A DNA stretch of 64,000 nucleotides from Octopus sinensis (GCF_006345805.1 NC_042998.1:189286001-189350000), one strand, 5' to 3'; counted from the stretch's first letter, positions 36,918 through 51,130 are shown. Notes: generated from the sequence alone by a model not told the origin. Made by a program: numbers and translations.

Positions 36918-38607
36918 TATTACGAGTTTTATTATCCCGTGTTTACATCTACCTACACTACCAACAAACTTAAACTAAACCTTTGCTTGTGATGATCCCA
37001 TTTAAATCAATTCTCACTTTTTTCAGACAAGAGACGTCCAACCATCTCTTGCACTAACATTTCAACATTATCAAACCCACCTTTCATTAAATCAGAAATC
37101 GACAGTAGCAGACATCATGAAACTCAAAACCTACAAGGAGGTGAGGCTGTGGGATTACTTGATGGTAGTTTAGTGTTGCTTATGCTTTACACCATCCTTA
37201 CCATGTTCAGTTCTAGCATAACATGTTCTGTAAATGCATTTTATGAGAAAAGAGGTAATCAGGTCGCATGATGACAGCTGAGTAGTACCCACATCTGACA
37301 CCAAACACTAATGCAGGTGGTGTCACTGTATAGTTGTTTAGCCTCGGCTCAGTCTTGACTGAACAGATTAATGATTCTGTCAGTCATAACCATTTCATCA
37401 CTTTCAGACATAGTGGAATTACATCAACTAAAGTATCCTTTTTAAGTAAGACGGGAGATCTGGCTGTTATTACTAGCAGCTAACACAACTACATAGTTGG
37501 CTCAAATGTACTATACAATTAGACAGCATATTTGGTTTAGTAAGGAATGGGTTACTTAATATCTTTATTATCATCAAATACTAACAGAGAGAATGAATGA
37601 ATTTACTAGAATTTAGAAAGGCCATCTTACAATGTAAAGGAATCTCTCTATATATAAACATGAACAAACATGCATATATATATATATATATGATGGATTT
37701 TGCATAGATTTCAATGAACAAATCTTTTAGTAGTAGATCAGTTAAAGGAATTTTTAGTTATAGTATAAGTGGCTGAGTATTCCAGATATTGGGATTGGAT
37801 TGAACTGCCCATGTTCAGTCAATTGCAGGATGAGGGCCTCAGCAGCTTCTCTCCTCCAACGACATTCTGATGTGAAGGCTATGAATTTAAGTTTGAGATT
37901 ATACTGGTTAGATGGGCTTACTCTGTCATGATGACTCAACATGGCTTGGTAGAGAGGTGCAATTTTTATACTTATAGCCAGTAGTTAAGTCGATTACATT
38001 GACCCCAGTGCTCAACTAGTACTAATTTTATCGACCCCGAAAGAATGAAAAACTAAGTCGACCTTGGTGGAATTTGAGCTCAGAATGTAAAAGTACTGCT
38101 AAGCATTTTCCCAGCAGACTAACAATTCTGCAGTTCACGACCTTATTCTAAACATATGTATCCTTAAAATAATCATTAAGTCCACTGAATAAACTTTCCA
38201 TACAGTTCCCATCTACCTAATTTTACTCACAAAGCTGGAGTCAATCTCTGGCTATGATAGAAGACATCTGCCCTTTGTCCCTCATGACTGCAAAATATCA
38301 TCACTATTCTGCCATACCTGCAAAATGTTTGTGCATGAATATGTAACACACACAGAGTCATAAAATGGATAAGTCTGATGCTTCAGAGCTCTTTATTCTC
38401 TGGTGATGAACATTGCTTGAAACACCAGCTCTAGCCTTCTTTACAACAAACTAACTTATACCATCTTGTAAGCTTATTGTATGTACTACTTGATGATACA
38501 GATCATCACGAGTTTCTTCAATTTCTATTGTTTCATTTTTATTATATTTGTAATATTACATAATATAAATCAAAAATATAATATAAATCATAATATAAAT
38601 CAAAAAG

Positions 38608-38883
38608 CCAAAATCAAAATCGATCAACATCAATGGAAGTTGTAGCTGTGATACCAGTGCCGGTGGCACGTAAAAAGCACCATCCGATCGTGGCCATTGC
38701 CAGCCTTGCCTGGCACATAAAAAGCACCCACTACACTCACGGAGTGGTTGGCATTAGGAAGGGCATCCAGCCGTAGAAACATTGCCAGATCAGACTGGGC
38801 CTGGTGCAGCCTTCTGGCTTCCCAGACTCCAGTTGAACCCATGCTAGCATGGAAAGCAGACGCTAAACGATGATGATGATGAT
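38608..38883 (+). mobile_element. RTE 3' tail copy
   Basis: Same 5' junction as the 36541 copy; (GAT)n tail. Confidence 0.85.
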
Positions 38884-40399
38884 AAATCATGATTTAGTAT
38901 ATTAATTAATAATATAATAAATGATATAATTACTACATTGTTTATATCACTACATATTGAATGTTTGAGATCACAGGAAAAATCAAAATGTACATGGAAA
39001 GATGCCGCATCCTCATTGTACAAGATGACAAAGTAAAACAAAAAAAAACCCAAACCTATTTAAATGAATGCAACAAACCATTACACACTAAAACTCTTAA
39101 GCAAACTGAATATGTGACCTAGATTCATTTCCTAGTTTACTTCTAACTGCTACTCTTAACTTTATTCAGATCACTGATACTTTCAACAAACCTGAAAGTC
39201 AACAGTACTAATCGTTCACAGATAAAAATACTTCTGACTGCAAAATCAAGCAATTGATATTCATTGCAGTTCACTGTAAATTCATAGGTGGTAAACTCAA
39301 TGTGGGTAATTACATCACCATTATTAAAATCAGAATTTAAGTGTTAAGTAAATTACACCAAGAGCCAATAATTTATTAGTAATGTTATCATCATATCAAA
39401 TACATTATGGTAAATTTGGCATGTTTTCCATCTGTAAAGTATATGCATCACTAAATATTATTTAAAATTTTTATTTGCAGAGTAAATGTGTCATATTTTA
39501 TTAACAATAAAAATGAAATTTGAAAACAAAAAATTTTATCCCACAATCTTTGAAATAGGAATGATCAAGAATTGAAATAATAATTGTATAATATATCACC
39601 AATGCAAAAATTCTACATCATCATCATCATCATTTAATATCTGCTTTCCATGATGGCATGGGTTGGATGGTTTGGCAAAAGCTGGCTAGGCAGAAAACTG
39701 TACCAGGCTTCAGTGTCTGTTTTAGCATGGTTTTTACGGTTGGATGCTCTTCCTGACACCACTTACCCCACAGAGTGGACTGAATGCTTTTTATGTGGTA
39801 TCAGCACAGGTGAGATCAGTTTTGGTTTCACAGCTGAATGCCCTTCCAAACACCAACCACTTCACATTCAAAACTTTATATTTCAGTTTGTTCAGCTGAA
39901 AATTCATGAAATAAATAATTTTAATAGCTTGGATTTATAAGGATGCCAGACCAACTTATGGTGCATGAACCACTTTTGGATGATCAGAAATGACTCATTG
40001 CACCCTCATCCATAACTGTTCAATACACATTTGATATAGGTCAATCCCCCACAACCATTTTTCATTTGCAGTATATTTATATTCTTTTCAAAATTTAGCA
40101 GTACACCTGAACTAAAAATATAACTAAATGTACAGGGAAACGAATTATATTCAGGTTACACGGTGGCACACCTAGCATCATCTTGGGGCACACCAGTGTG
40201 CTGTGACATACCAGTTGTGGGGGGCACGGATCTAATTGACCAGCCAGTACTGATCCACTGTAGCTTTTTACCTATCAGTTTATAATTGACTCCCTACACT
40301 ATAGTTTTGTCTTTTGATCATTTTTGAAGAAAATCCAAACCTACTTTTTTTTACTTATCTGTAACAATATTTTTTTACTTAATCTGTAACGATATAAAT

Positions 40400-41200
40400 G
40401 AAAGTAGAAAATTATAGTAAGCACAAATTCTATGAACAGCGGGAAAATGAGATTGTAATGTATCCATCAAAAATGTTGAGCACTGTTTGTGAAAACACTT
40501 TCTCAAATAACAGCAAACACAAACTTAACAGAAATGACCAATCATAACATCAGACTAAAATAGAAAAGAAACTTATGTTGGTAATTTGGTTAAGAATACA
40601 ACTGCTTCAGCATCAATGTTGGCCAAAAGAAAACAAAAGCCTTTCTCTGATAGACAAGTTGTTAGGCTTTGTTTCTAAATAATTTCAAGATGTCTTGGTG
40701 ATAAAAGTAACAAAAGTGCACAATGAAAGCAAACAGTTAGTAGACATATTGGAAAATTCTCTTATGAATTAACTGATACTCGACAGAACCTGATTAGACA
40801 TTTTTAATATGAGAAATTGATGACATTCTTGGAGAACATATCAGACTTGAGTTACTTGACAGAAAAAAGATCTGTTACATTTGACAAAGTGAAATCATGG
40901 ATGGAAAATCTACAAGTAGATTTCAGTAAACTAATCAATATTTATACTGACAGAGTGCCATCAATATCAGTAAAGCCATTGAGACCGCAACTTTGCGTGA
41001 ACACTTACTTTTTAGAACATTCCTTATTAAAATATGACCTGCATTATACGCCAAGGGATGATGTATGAAAAAGCTAAACCTGCAGCATGCTCTGCTTATG
41101 ATTGTGAAATGTGTGGCAAAATTTAGAACATGAGCACTACTGAGAAAACATTTCACAATACTTAGAATTCTGCTTGATGTATTTGCTCTAATTTCTATTA
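40400..41200 (+). mobile_element. Decayed hAT (Charlie/SPIN-like) transposase fragment
   Basis: DFSKLINIYTDRVPS (compare the family motif dWskLvsitTDGAPS) and CIIRQG..LNLQHALLMIVK (compare CIIHQE..L.l..vm..VvK). Confidence 0.55.
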
Positions 41201-43039
41201 TTACTAAAATGTGACATTTTTATAGCTTCCTTATTTATGGTGGGAGGTGGGGCAGTTGTGAGATGGGGGAAAACAGTAATTTATGATTGTTTATAAGTCA
41301 CAGACTAAATTTTGAAGACAATACTAATGATATATGTTGAAAGTGACTTTGACCTGCTATAGAAAATTATTAGAGTAGAAAAATTTAACAAGTGCACTGG
41401 AAATCTTAAATCTAAATACGTTTGGATTACTCATAACAGTGAATGTTAATTCTTTGCTAAACTATATTTATGTTACTAAACTATATTATCTTTTATAGAC
41501 ACATTCAGAAATAAATAATAAAATAAAATAATATTAATCTTTCATAAATCTAGATAACAAAACAGTTTCCCCGATATGTAAAAGAATATATATAAACCAA
41601 AACAAACCGCAGGAATAACTTTTAAATGAGATTTTAAAAGAGACACTGAATTAGATCACAGGGACAAGAAGAAGAAATAAACACAAATGTCAATGTTTTG
41701 ATAAAACTAAATGGTAGAACCCCCAGTGTACATTTATTTGATAGTGAATGACAAAGTCTTTATATGAGAGTATAGGAGAATTGAAAACAAAAAAATATCT
41801 ATGATGTACAAACAGTAAATTCAGTAAAGAAATGAGTTCAAACAATATCTCACAATGATCAGTCAGACTAAAAATACATATATACTCACTTCAAGGTTGA
41901 ATGGCTAGTATTATGAAAGATATGTCACTAGCAAGTCATGCAAGTATTCAAACCATGTCAGAATAGAGAAATGGACATAAAAGATTAAGGAAAACAAAAA
42001 GTGAAAGAGAGCAGATAGAAGAACTAAATTCTTTCCAGCTATAATTAGCCGTGCTAACTCCAACCTTCTCCTATACCAATACAGTTGAGGTCACCTAGAT
42101 AACAAAGTGACTTGACAATGCAACCAAGTCTTTTTATGTGAACTGTTAAAATAAGATATTTAATTACAAATAGTGCTTCCCATTCACCAAGCTGAAATGC
42201 CTAAATATTTTGAACTGATTACACTGTCAAAGTAGAACTGCTTCTTGCTTAAATACTGAACAGAACATCACCTTTTTTTTTGAGTTCTCTCTTGATTTTT
42301 CAAGCTTGCATTTAAGTTTTCAGCAATTCTTAAAATATACAAGTAAATTAACCCTTTAGTGTTTAAACCGGCCATATCTGGCCAAAATATTCTACCTATT
42401 TTATGTTCAAACTAGTCAGATATGGTCATTCATAGCTACCTTATTGTGTCATTTTAAAAATAAACAATCACATCATTGCCATGTAAACAAACTTAAGCCA
42501 CTAAGATAGAAGAATCACTGAGTATAGACAGAATTTTGATCATCTGAACTACTAAATTATTCATCCTGATCTCTGCCTCCTACATCAACTTTCGTACAAT
42601 ATCTATTGGCTAACTTACCCATCCTGCTAACGTTAATTTAACCTTAACTGTACCTTAGCACCTCCTACTATGAGTTCCAGAGCTACAGTCAAGGGGAGGA
42701 GAGCAACTGTCATGGAAACTACAGTCTTAAATCTATCTACCACATGGTCATTGCAGTTATCTTCTCTTAAAAAGAAATTACACATAGGTATCCACTTAAA
42801 TGTTTTTATACACACATGCAATTTCTGCCAATACAACATTTTTAGTGACACCTTAACCTTTGAAAATGAATGTTACAAGAAGCATTAGACACACACTGCG
42901 TGTGTCTGTCTGTCTGTTTGAGTGTATGTGTGTGCATGTAGTATAGTTTTTTTTCCTGTAGCTGAATGACCTCTCTGTTTCCATCAGCAATGGCTAAACT
43001 CAACAGGTGGTATATTGTAGTGCTGTTAATCTTCTACTA

Positions 43040-43117
43040 TAGTTTCAGGCCAACCAAAGCCTTGTGAGTGGATTTGGTAGACAGAAACTGTAAGAAGCCC
43101 ATCGTATATATGTATAC

Positions 43118-43151
<34 letters not shown>

Positions 43152-43920
43152 GTTTGTGTGTCTGTGTTTGACACCCCCCCTCCCAACATTGCTTGACAAC
43201 CGATGCTGGTGTGTTTATGTCCCCGTAACTTAGCTCTTCCATGAGCTCCATCCACTTTGAGTGATCAGCACTTCTTTATGGAGCTGTCTACATCCATCTG
43301 CATCACATAAGGTAAACAACATATCAACTCCAAAACACAGGGAGATTAAAGGATGATGAATGCCAAGATGATCTAGGGGGATTTTTTTCAGCTTTATATA
43401 GGTTTCTTAGGGTTCTTTATAAACTCCAGCGGTGGCGGTGGTTGTAGTGGTAGTTGTAGCATTAATAGTGCTGGCTGTGAAACCACCACCATGCATCAGC
43501 ACCATGCTCCCATCGTTGCCACTAGGATGGCTAAGACCGAACATCTTTAATCATAAATGACAGAGATAAGAGTGAAGGGAGTAACGGATGTTGTTTTAAT
43601 ATTTTAACACTGTCAAGCATGAATCACATCAACAATACCACCACTCTTATAATGAACACTACCAATACTACCACAACCATTACCACTGCAAGAATGACAG
43701 ACAGAGAATGGTAGTGGTAGAGATGGTTGTAGAAGTATAATAGTTAAGTCAATTTCAGTCTTCTCAATAGGTTACTCTTTACTCTTTTACTTGTTTCAGT
43801 CAGTTGACTGCGGCCATGCTGGAGCACCGCCTTTAGTCGAGAAACTCGACCCCGGGGCTTATTCTTTGTAAGCCCAGTACTTATTCTATCGGTCTCTTTT
43901 GCCGAACCGCTAAGTGACAT
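43040..43920. mobile_element. Two partial CORE-like SINE pieces in opposite orientation
   Basis: 43040-43240 (+) is the central part and 43775-43920 (-) is the 3' part of the family at 47950-48371. Confidence 0.7.
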
Positions 43921-44269
43921 GTTTTTTGTTTTTTTTATTTTCCCAGTTTTCTGTTGAATTTTTCAGAAGGATGTAAAAGATTCAATGCCATATGGTACAT
44001 GATCTTCTAGGTCTTCTTTCTCCTTTTGGTGTCCATACTAGTTTTGCATATCCATAATCAGGTTGTGGCAGGACATGACCTGCTAGTCACATTCTTCATA
44101 AGACAGCATTGTTTCAATATTTGATATAGCCATAGGAGCAATGCTAGTATAACAACAGTAATAATAGGGGTAGAGAAGAAGTACTGCCAAGAATTAGTTT
44201 TCTTTGGGATTCTTATGGTTTATCATTTTTATAAGCTCCAAATGCATACACTGTAAAATATTTCGGTTA

Positions 44270-44605
44270 ACTGGCGTTTGCGCCTGTGGCACATAAAAAG
44301 CCCCATTCGAGTGTGGTCATTACCAGCTCACCTTACTGGCACTTGTGTCGGTGTGCAGGTGAGACATTAAAAATTTTTAAAAATACGGCCATTGCCAGTA
44401 CCACCTGACTGGCCCTTGTGCCGGTGGCATGTAAAAGCACCTACTACACTCTCGGAGTGGTTGGCGTTAGGAAGGGCATCCAGCTGTAGAAACTCCGCCA
44501 GATCAAGATTGGAGCCTGGTGCAGCCATCTGGTTCGCCAGTCCCCAGTCAAATCGTCCAACCCATGCTAGCATGGAAAGCAGACGTTAAACGAAGATGAT
44601 GATGA
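44270..44605 (+). mobile_element. RTE 3' tail
   Basis: Tail consensus with (GAT)n end. Confidence 0.8.
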
Positions 44606-45214
44606 CATATCCACAACACATTGCTAAGGTGTACATAACATGTGTACAAAATGGTAATTATATCATTGATTGAATAAATCAATGTTTAAAACTTGAATAT
44701 TTTTGCATAAAAAAACTGAATCAACTTTTAGATCAACACAATATATATATACATGCACATACATACATATATATATATATATGTACATACATTCACACAC
44801 ATTTATACATACATTTTCATATACACACAGACGTACCCACACACATATACCTAACTATCTATGAAGAACTGCTACAAAAGACTACCGAGCGCCTCCTCCC
44901 TTTTAACTATGATATTAGAGAACAAACGTTCAGGATATCTACCTATCTATAACAATCTACTATGAACTGTTGCTTTCCTGATTTTCCTGTTTTTCTGCTT
45001 ATTATATTTATAAAAACTTCTGTATAGCTATTTTATAAATGCTTTGATATCATTAGCAACCACCTCACCATCTTTTATTTTGCTGTTCTTTTATTAGCTC
45101 AACTGGTATACAGCCGACTCGTTTGACATAGGATTTTAGACATCTGATCCAGTCTAAGCACTAATTGTCTGTGTCTGCAATACGCTTTTTGGACGCATTC
45201 TTACCCATTATATA

Positions 45215-46270
45215 TCACCATCATCAATTAACTTCCATTTTCCATGCTGGCATGGGTTGGACAGTTTGACAGGAGCTAACCAGCAAAGATTTGTCCAGAC
45301 TCTAATTGTCTGTTGTGGCATGGTTTCTACAGCCAGATGCCCTTCCTAATGCCAACCACTTTACAGTGTGTGCTGGGTGCTTTTTATATGTCACCAGCAT
45401 GGGTGCATTTATGCAGTACCAGCACAAGTGCATTTTATGTGACACCAGCACCTGTAAAGGACAAACCTGTATCTATGGATGACAGTGATTTTACTTAGCA
45501 TGACACACCTTCTCAAGTACATCAAATCGCCACAATTTCCGGTCCCTTGTCATTTCCTCAGTGAGGCCCAGCATCCAAAAATCTTTTCTCATCACTTTAT
45601 CCCATATCTTCTTGAGTTTACCCCTTCACAGGTTCCTTCCACAATTAGGGCTTGGCACTTCTCGCAATGATATTCTTACAATGGACCTTTCGGTAGCCCT
45701 TTGTGCCATAACCAATCAATGTTCTTCCCTATTTGCAGCAGCTCACATTTCACTTGTATAAAAGAGTGCAGGTAGAACAGTGCTATTAAAGAGACTGGCA
45801 TGGTTGATCGTATCCAGCTTTGGTTTGGGTACATCTTTTAATCAAGGGAAATGCCTTCCATCCTGCCTTTTTCTCCTCAAGATTTCAGTATCCATGTCTG
45901 TGTACCTCCTTGATTTTGTAGCTTCCCACCTCTATTTGGTCTTGTGCTTTGTTTTTGAACTGCATGTATTTATTTTTATACACTTCATTGTAAGGTCAAT
46001 GGCTGAGCTCTGTCAGTACAATCAGCAGTTGATCTGTGGTTTTGGTGGTAAGTATAATGTCACCTGTGAATAGGAATCAGGTTAGTAGCTCATTGTTGAT
46101 GATCACCCCACCTCTTCAGCCTAGTTAAGCAGTTAAGAGTTTTGTAAAGACAGCATCTTGAGAATTCTTAATTGGATCTCTTTCATCAGGGTTCGCATTT
46201 CTGAGTACTTTGGCGTATTGTGCCTCAACTCCATGCATTTCCAGAGATGTTAGCACTGCATTCAGCTCCC
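45215..46270 (-). mobile_element. Adjacent decayed RTE fragments (RT piece plus RTE C-terminus and tail)
   Basis: VWELNAVLTSLEMHGVEAQYAKVLRNAN (RTE-1 RT), LFNSTVLPALFYTSE, then GKLKKIWDKVMRKD..GLTEEMT and the tail. Confidence 0.6.
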
Positions 46271-46293
46271 ACACTCTCTCTCTATATATATAT

Positions 46294-46330
<37 letters not shown>

Positions 46331-46567
46331 TATACACACTGTCATATAGGTATACACTCACACATACACACACACACACATATATATATGCATACACACA
46401 CCACACACACACACACATGTATATACACACTGTCATATAGGTATACACTCACACATACACACACACACACATATATATATGCATACACACACACACACAC
46501 ACAAGCACATAGGTGCAAAACAAAGTGGAAAAAATTGTACTCGAATACCAAAGATAGAGTAACCCTC

Positions 46568-46800
46568 ATCATTTAACGTCTATTGTCCATGCTGGCATGG
46601 GTTGGACGGTTTGACCAGGGCTGGCAAGTTGGAAGGCTGCACCAGACTCCAGTCTCTTTTGGCATGGTATCTACAGCGGGATGCCCTTCCTAATGTCAAC
46701 CACTCCAAGTGTGTAATGGGTACTTTTACATGCCATCTGCACAGGTGCCATTTGCATGACACCAGTATCTGCCACAACTGCAATTTTACTTGGCTTTATG
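46568..46800 (-). mobile_element. RTE 3' tail (reverse)
   Basis: Tail consensus. Confidence 0.75.
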
Positions 46801-47891
46801 GAGCTACTATTTTATTAAAGCTGAAAAAAAATCTTGACAAACTGCTCCTCAGAGTTTCATGTGAGTGTTCATGTGACAGTCACAACTGTCTGGTTTGCAA
46901 AGATTTTTAATAAAATAGTATATGCACATATGTGTGTGCATGTGTACACACACACACAGTGTCAGGCCACTTGTGAGGTCTCTTCTGAGTGCTATTAGTA
47001 ACATTGAATCCAGTACAAGCGGCACCCCCACTAGGTTTGCTAGAAGCCCAACAGAACTAAAAACAAGACCTGTCAAAAGGATGGATGACCCTAGTGTAGG
47101 TTCAACAACTGTCTAGCAGTAGCATGGATCCTCAGAAATTCCAGTATAGGATCCAGCATGCTGGTAGACTACTGGGAGTGAGGCGCCCCACAGCTTTTGC
47201 TAAAGCAAGTCTTTAGGAGGTCAGATATAAAACCTGATGTGCAGGGAATGGCACTGAAGATTTTGGGGATCTTTTGTGTGCACTTGAGATCATGGCTCTC
47301 CCACAATCCTGAACCTGTGACCTATATTGGCACCGGATATCTTACCTTGGCTTGTGTCTGAATCATGTCAGTAGGGTGGAGAGGGTCCATAAGTTGCTGT
47401 ACAAACCTTATTGGACCTAGAATTTTAGGTTATGCATTTGCAAGCAAGGTGATTATTTGATGCCCAGTTGAGTAGGAGGTGCTACAGCGAGCATGGAAAA
47501 TGCAGACATAAACCCATGTGAAGCCAACTGTTGGTGCAATAACTACAGGCACAAGCATTACTGGTATTTTGCACGGGTAATGGTCAGTGATGGTTTTCCT
47601 CAGTCATGAGTGGCCAGGTATCATCATCATCATATATATAGTATCAAGTAAAAAGCACCCATGCTAGCACTAAGTAAAAAATGCTCCCATGCTGGCACCA
47701 TGTAAAAAGCTCCTGTGCTGGTGCCACATAAAAAGCACCCAGTACATTTTGTAAAGTGTACTGGGTGCATCCAGCCAGGGAAACTATACGAAAACAGACA
47801 ATTGGAGCCTGGTGCAGCTCTGCAGCTTGCAAGCTCCTTGTCAAACTGTCCAACCTATGGTAGCATGGAAAACAGATGTTAAATGATGATG

Positions 47892-47949
<58 letters not shown>

Positions 47950-47951
<2 letters not shown>

Positions 47952-48114
47952 CACAGGAGTGGCTGTGTGGTAAGTAGCTTGCTAACCAACCACATGGTTC
48001 CGGGTTCAGTCCCACTGCGTGGCATCTTGGGCAAGTGTCTTCTGCTATAGCCCCGGGCCGACCAATGCTTTGTGAGTGGATTTGGTAGACGGAAACTGAA
48101 AGAAGCCTGTCGTA

Positions 48115-48145
<31 letters not shown>

Positions 48146-48371
48146 TGACCCTATGAATATGTATGTGTGTGTTTGTGTTTGTCCCCCTAGCATTGCTTGA
48201 CAACCGATGCTGGTGTGTTTACGTCCCCGTCACTTAGCGGTTCGGCAAAAGAGACCGATAGAATAAGTACTGGGCTTACAAAGAATAAGTCCCTGGGTCG
48301 ATTTGCTCGACTAAAGGTGGTGCTCCAGCATGGCCGCAGTCAAATGACTGAAACAAGTAAAAGAGTAAAGA
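47950..48371 (+). mobile_element. tRNA-derived CORE-like SINE (resembles octopus OR2-type) with internal (TA)n, full length
   Basis: TGGCTGTGTGGTAAG A box, GGTTCAGTCCC B box, TTGGGCAAGTGTCTT core-like motif and tail AAACAAGTAAAAGAGTAAAGAG. Reverse copy at 55390-55760 and partial at 51770-51930. Confidence 0.75.
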
Positions 48372-48493
48372 GTATATATATATATATATATATAAATCCA
48401 AACATGAAAACACAAAGAGAAAACACAACAACGCGAGGATGTGGAACAAGTATAGTGTTATTGGACGCTCAGGAAAGGAACGAATGAGGGAGG

Positions 48494-48526
48494 ATTTAAC
48501 GTTTCGAGTGGAGCTCTTTGTCAGGA
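48494..48526 (-). ncRNA. Degenerate Penelope-type hammerhead motif
   Basis: Minus strand CUGACAA-A-GAGCUCCACUC-GAAA-CGUUA; palindromic AACGUU stem III; G8 and a stem II base altered; stem I poor. Confidence 0.4.
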
Positions 48527-49046
48527 AGGGAAGACAGAGGGAAAAAAAAAAAAAAAAATCGCCAACGATACAGACGCGGTCACATATTGAATGTATATGT
48601 CTAAGTGTGTGTGTATTTATAAATCAAATCGAACTGATTTGTGAATATAGAATTGTATTGCCTAATAAATAGCATACATATTGATGCAAACAATTTCATT
48701 CCACACTAAATTGTGTGTGTGTAGGTATATGCATCTGTATTAACAGCAGTGTTAATTTGTGTAATAGATCTGTAGCCATACATACATGCACATGTATATG
48801 TGTATATTTTATGAGTGTGTGTATGCAATGATTTGTGAATATACAATAATATTGCATAATGCATAGCATGTATATTAATGCAAACATGTAAACAATTTTT
48901 TCCACACTATATTATACACTGTGCGTGTGTTTCAGTGGAGTTTACTCATATTCAAGTAGATCTATAGTCATATATACATGCGTGTGTGTATATATACATG
49001 TACAGCTCCATATATACATACATGCATATACCTTTGAATATGCAAA

Positions 49047-49085
<39 letters not shown>

Positions 49086-50139
49086 TCACACATATATATA
49101 TACCTTTAAATAAGAAAACCTATATATATTAAATGTATACATAGATGTATATACATATATGCACACATCATCATCACTTAATGTCCAGTTTCCATGCTGG
49201 CATGGGTAGGATGATTTGAGAACTACTGAGATGCATCAAGCTCCAATGTCATCTTTTAGTTTTGGCATAGTTTCTAAGGCTGGATGTCCTCTGTAATGCC
49301 AACCACTTAAAGTGTTCTGGGTGCTTTTTTTATGCCACTGGCACTAGTGAGGTTGCAAGGCAACATGCAAGACAGAAAAGAAAAGAGAAAGAAAGGGAAG
49401 AAAACACTCCCTCTGCTAAGAAGTATTCGGGAGGGAAAGGTGGAAATGAGTGGCTGTTATACCAGCTGTCAAAAGGCTAAAATATGATAGCAGGACACAC
49501 ACAGGTGTCTTGCTATAAAGAAGATATGTGGCTGAAGGAGATAAGAGGAAGGTAATGATTGGGTGCTAGAGCAACCTAGCAAGGAACTAGTAGACACACA
49601 CACACAAGTATATATATGAGCGTGTACATATAAATACATATGCAGGTGTGGCAGTGTGGTAACAAGTTTGTTTGCGACTGTGAGTGTATGTCTTGACATT
49701 GAATAATAGTTGTAAATGAGTGTTACTGATATACAAGCAGCGTCATTTCCAATATTCTGCAAGAACATGTCTGGCTTGTAGAAATATTACCTTATTGGAA
49801 ACTGGTGAAGGTTAGCAACAGGAAGAGCATCCATTTGTAAAAAGTCTGCCTCAAAATCCATCCAAAAGTGGATGTGTCCAGTCTGCTGGGTGGTTGGTAT
49901 TAGGAAGGGCATCCAGCCGTAAAAACCCCGCCAAAACAGACACAGAAGTCTGGTGCAGGCTCCTGTCAAACTGTCCAACTCATGTCAGCATGGAAGGCAG
50001 ACATTAAATGATGATATATAATGCATATATATAGAGAGTTGTCATTTGTTTCTTCCCACTGCTATTTGAATTACTGCCACTTTTGTTTATCATTTTATGA
50101 AGTCTGAATAAATTTTACCTCTCTTCAAATAAAGGACAA

Positions 50140-51130
50140 TTGAATGCCAGGTAGAAGAAACAGGCATTTTTGACACTTTCTTTTCATTGCTTTCAGTCAA
50201 GGTTCCAAAGCTACCAAACCCACTCAAGACATTTATGCTGTGTATGAAAATGCTATTGCTGAAAGAACTGCACAGAAATGGTTTTCCTGCTACAAGATGG
50301 AAAATTCAACCTCACAGACTCTCTACATTCTGGCCAACCTGTTTAGTTCAATGTGGATTGATTAAACCAGCTCATCCTCAAGGAACGGCACCAATCCTCT
50401 TAGGAATTGGCCAACAGATGAGATACTCTAATGATATAATTGCCTGTCACCTTCCTTGATGAGTAAAGTCCAAAAATTTAGTGCGCAAGTGCCGCATTCT
50501 CTGAATGAAAGAGACAGACTCCAGTGCTCATCTATCACTAAACACCTGGCTACTCACTGTCACAGATAGAGATTTCTTTATTGCACGGTCACCAATGATG
50601 AAAAATGGTGTATTTACATCAGTAAGAAATAGAGGAAACAACGGCTGAGTCTTGACAAGCAAGCAACACCTCAAATCAAGTTGGAGCTGCATCCACACAA
50701 GATAATAATTTGTTTGAAAGGATTAGGAAGAGTAAATCCACTGTGATATGCTTGAAAACTCTGTGCAGAGCTTTACGTTCAGCAAATGCAATAGCTCGAT
50801 GAGGCAATCCAGACAAAACAACCAAGTCAATGATGCAACAAGATTCTTCAACACAACAATGTTTGCTGTTTGCTCTCATGTTGCTAGTTTGACCAAAAAT
50901 GCTATTCAAGAAATGAGTTGGGAAGTTCTACAACACACAGTATTCACCAAATATAGCACCTTCAGATTACCACCTTTTTTAGTTGCTATGACGACATGGA
51001 GCTGAAAACATAGCTCAATGAATTCTTCATGTTAAGAAGTGGTGATTTCTACTATCAAAGCATTGACATGCTAGTGGAATGCTGGAAAGAGTCATGAACA
51101 ATATATTAGTGACTAATCTGCTCAAACTCT
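50140..51130 (+). mobile_element. Decayed mariner transposase
   Basis: YENAIAERTAQKWF (HTH), CTVTNDEKWCIY (first D), WEVLQH and PSDYHLF motifs; many stops. Confidence 0.85.

Noticed and set aside
42647-42760. Exon-like segment EDNCNDHVVDRFKTVV in intron 1
   Set aside because: Phase 2/0 is incompatible with the phase-0 intron, the phase-0 reading hits an immediate stop, and there is no homology.
46950-47600. GC-richer block as a nested gene
   Set aside because: No long ORF or splice pattern on either strand; probably a decayed LINE 5' region that I could not assign.
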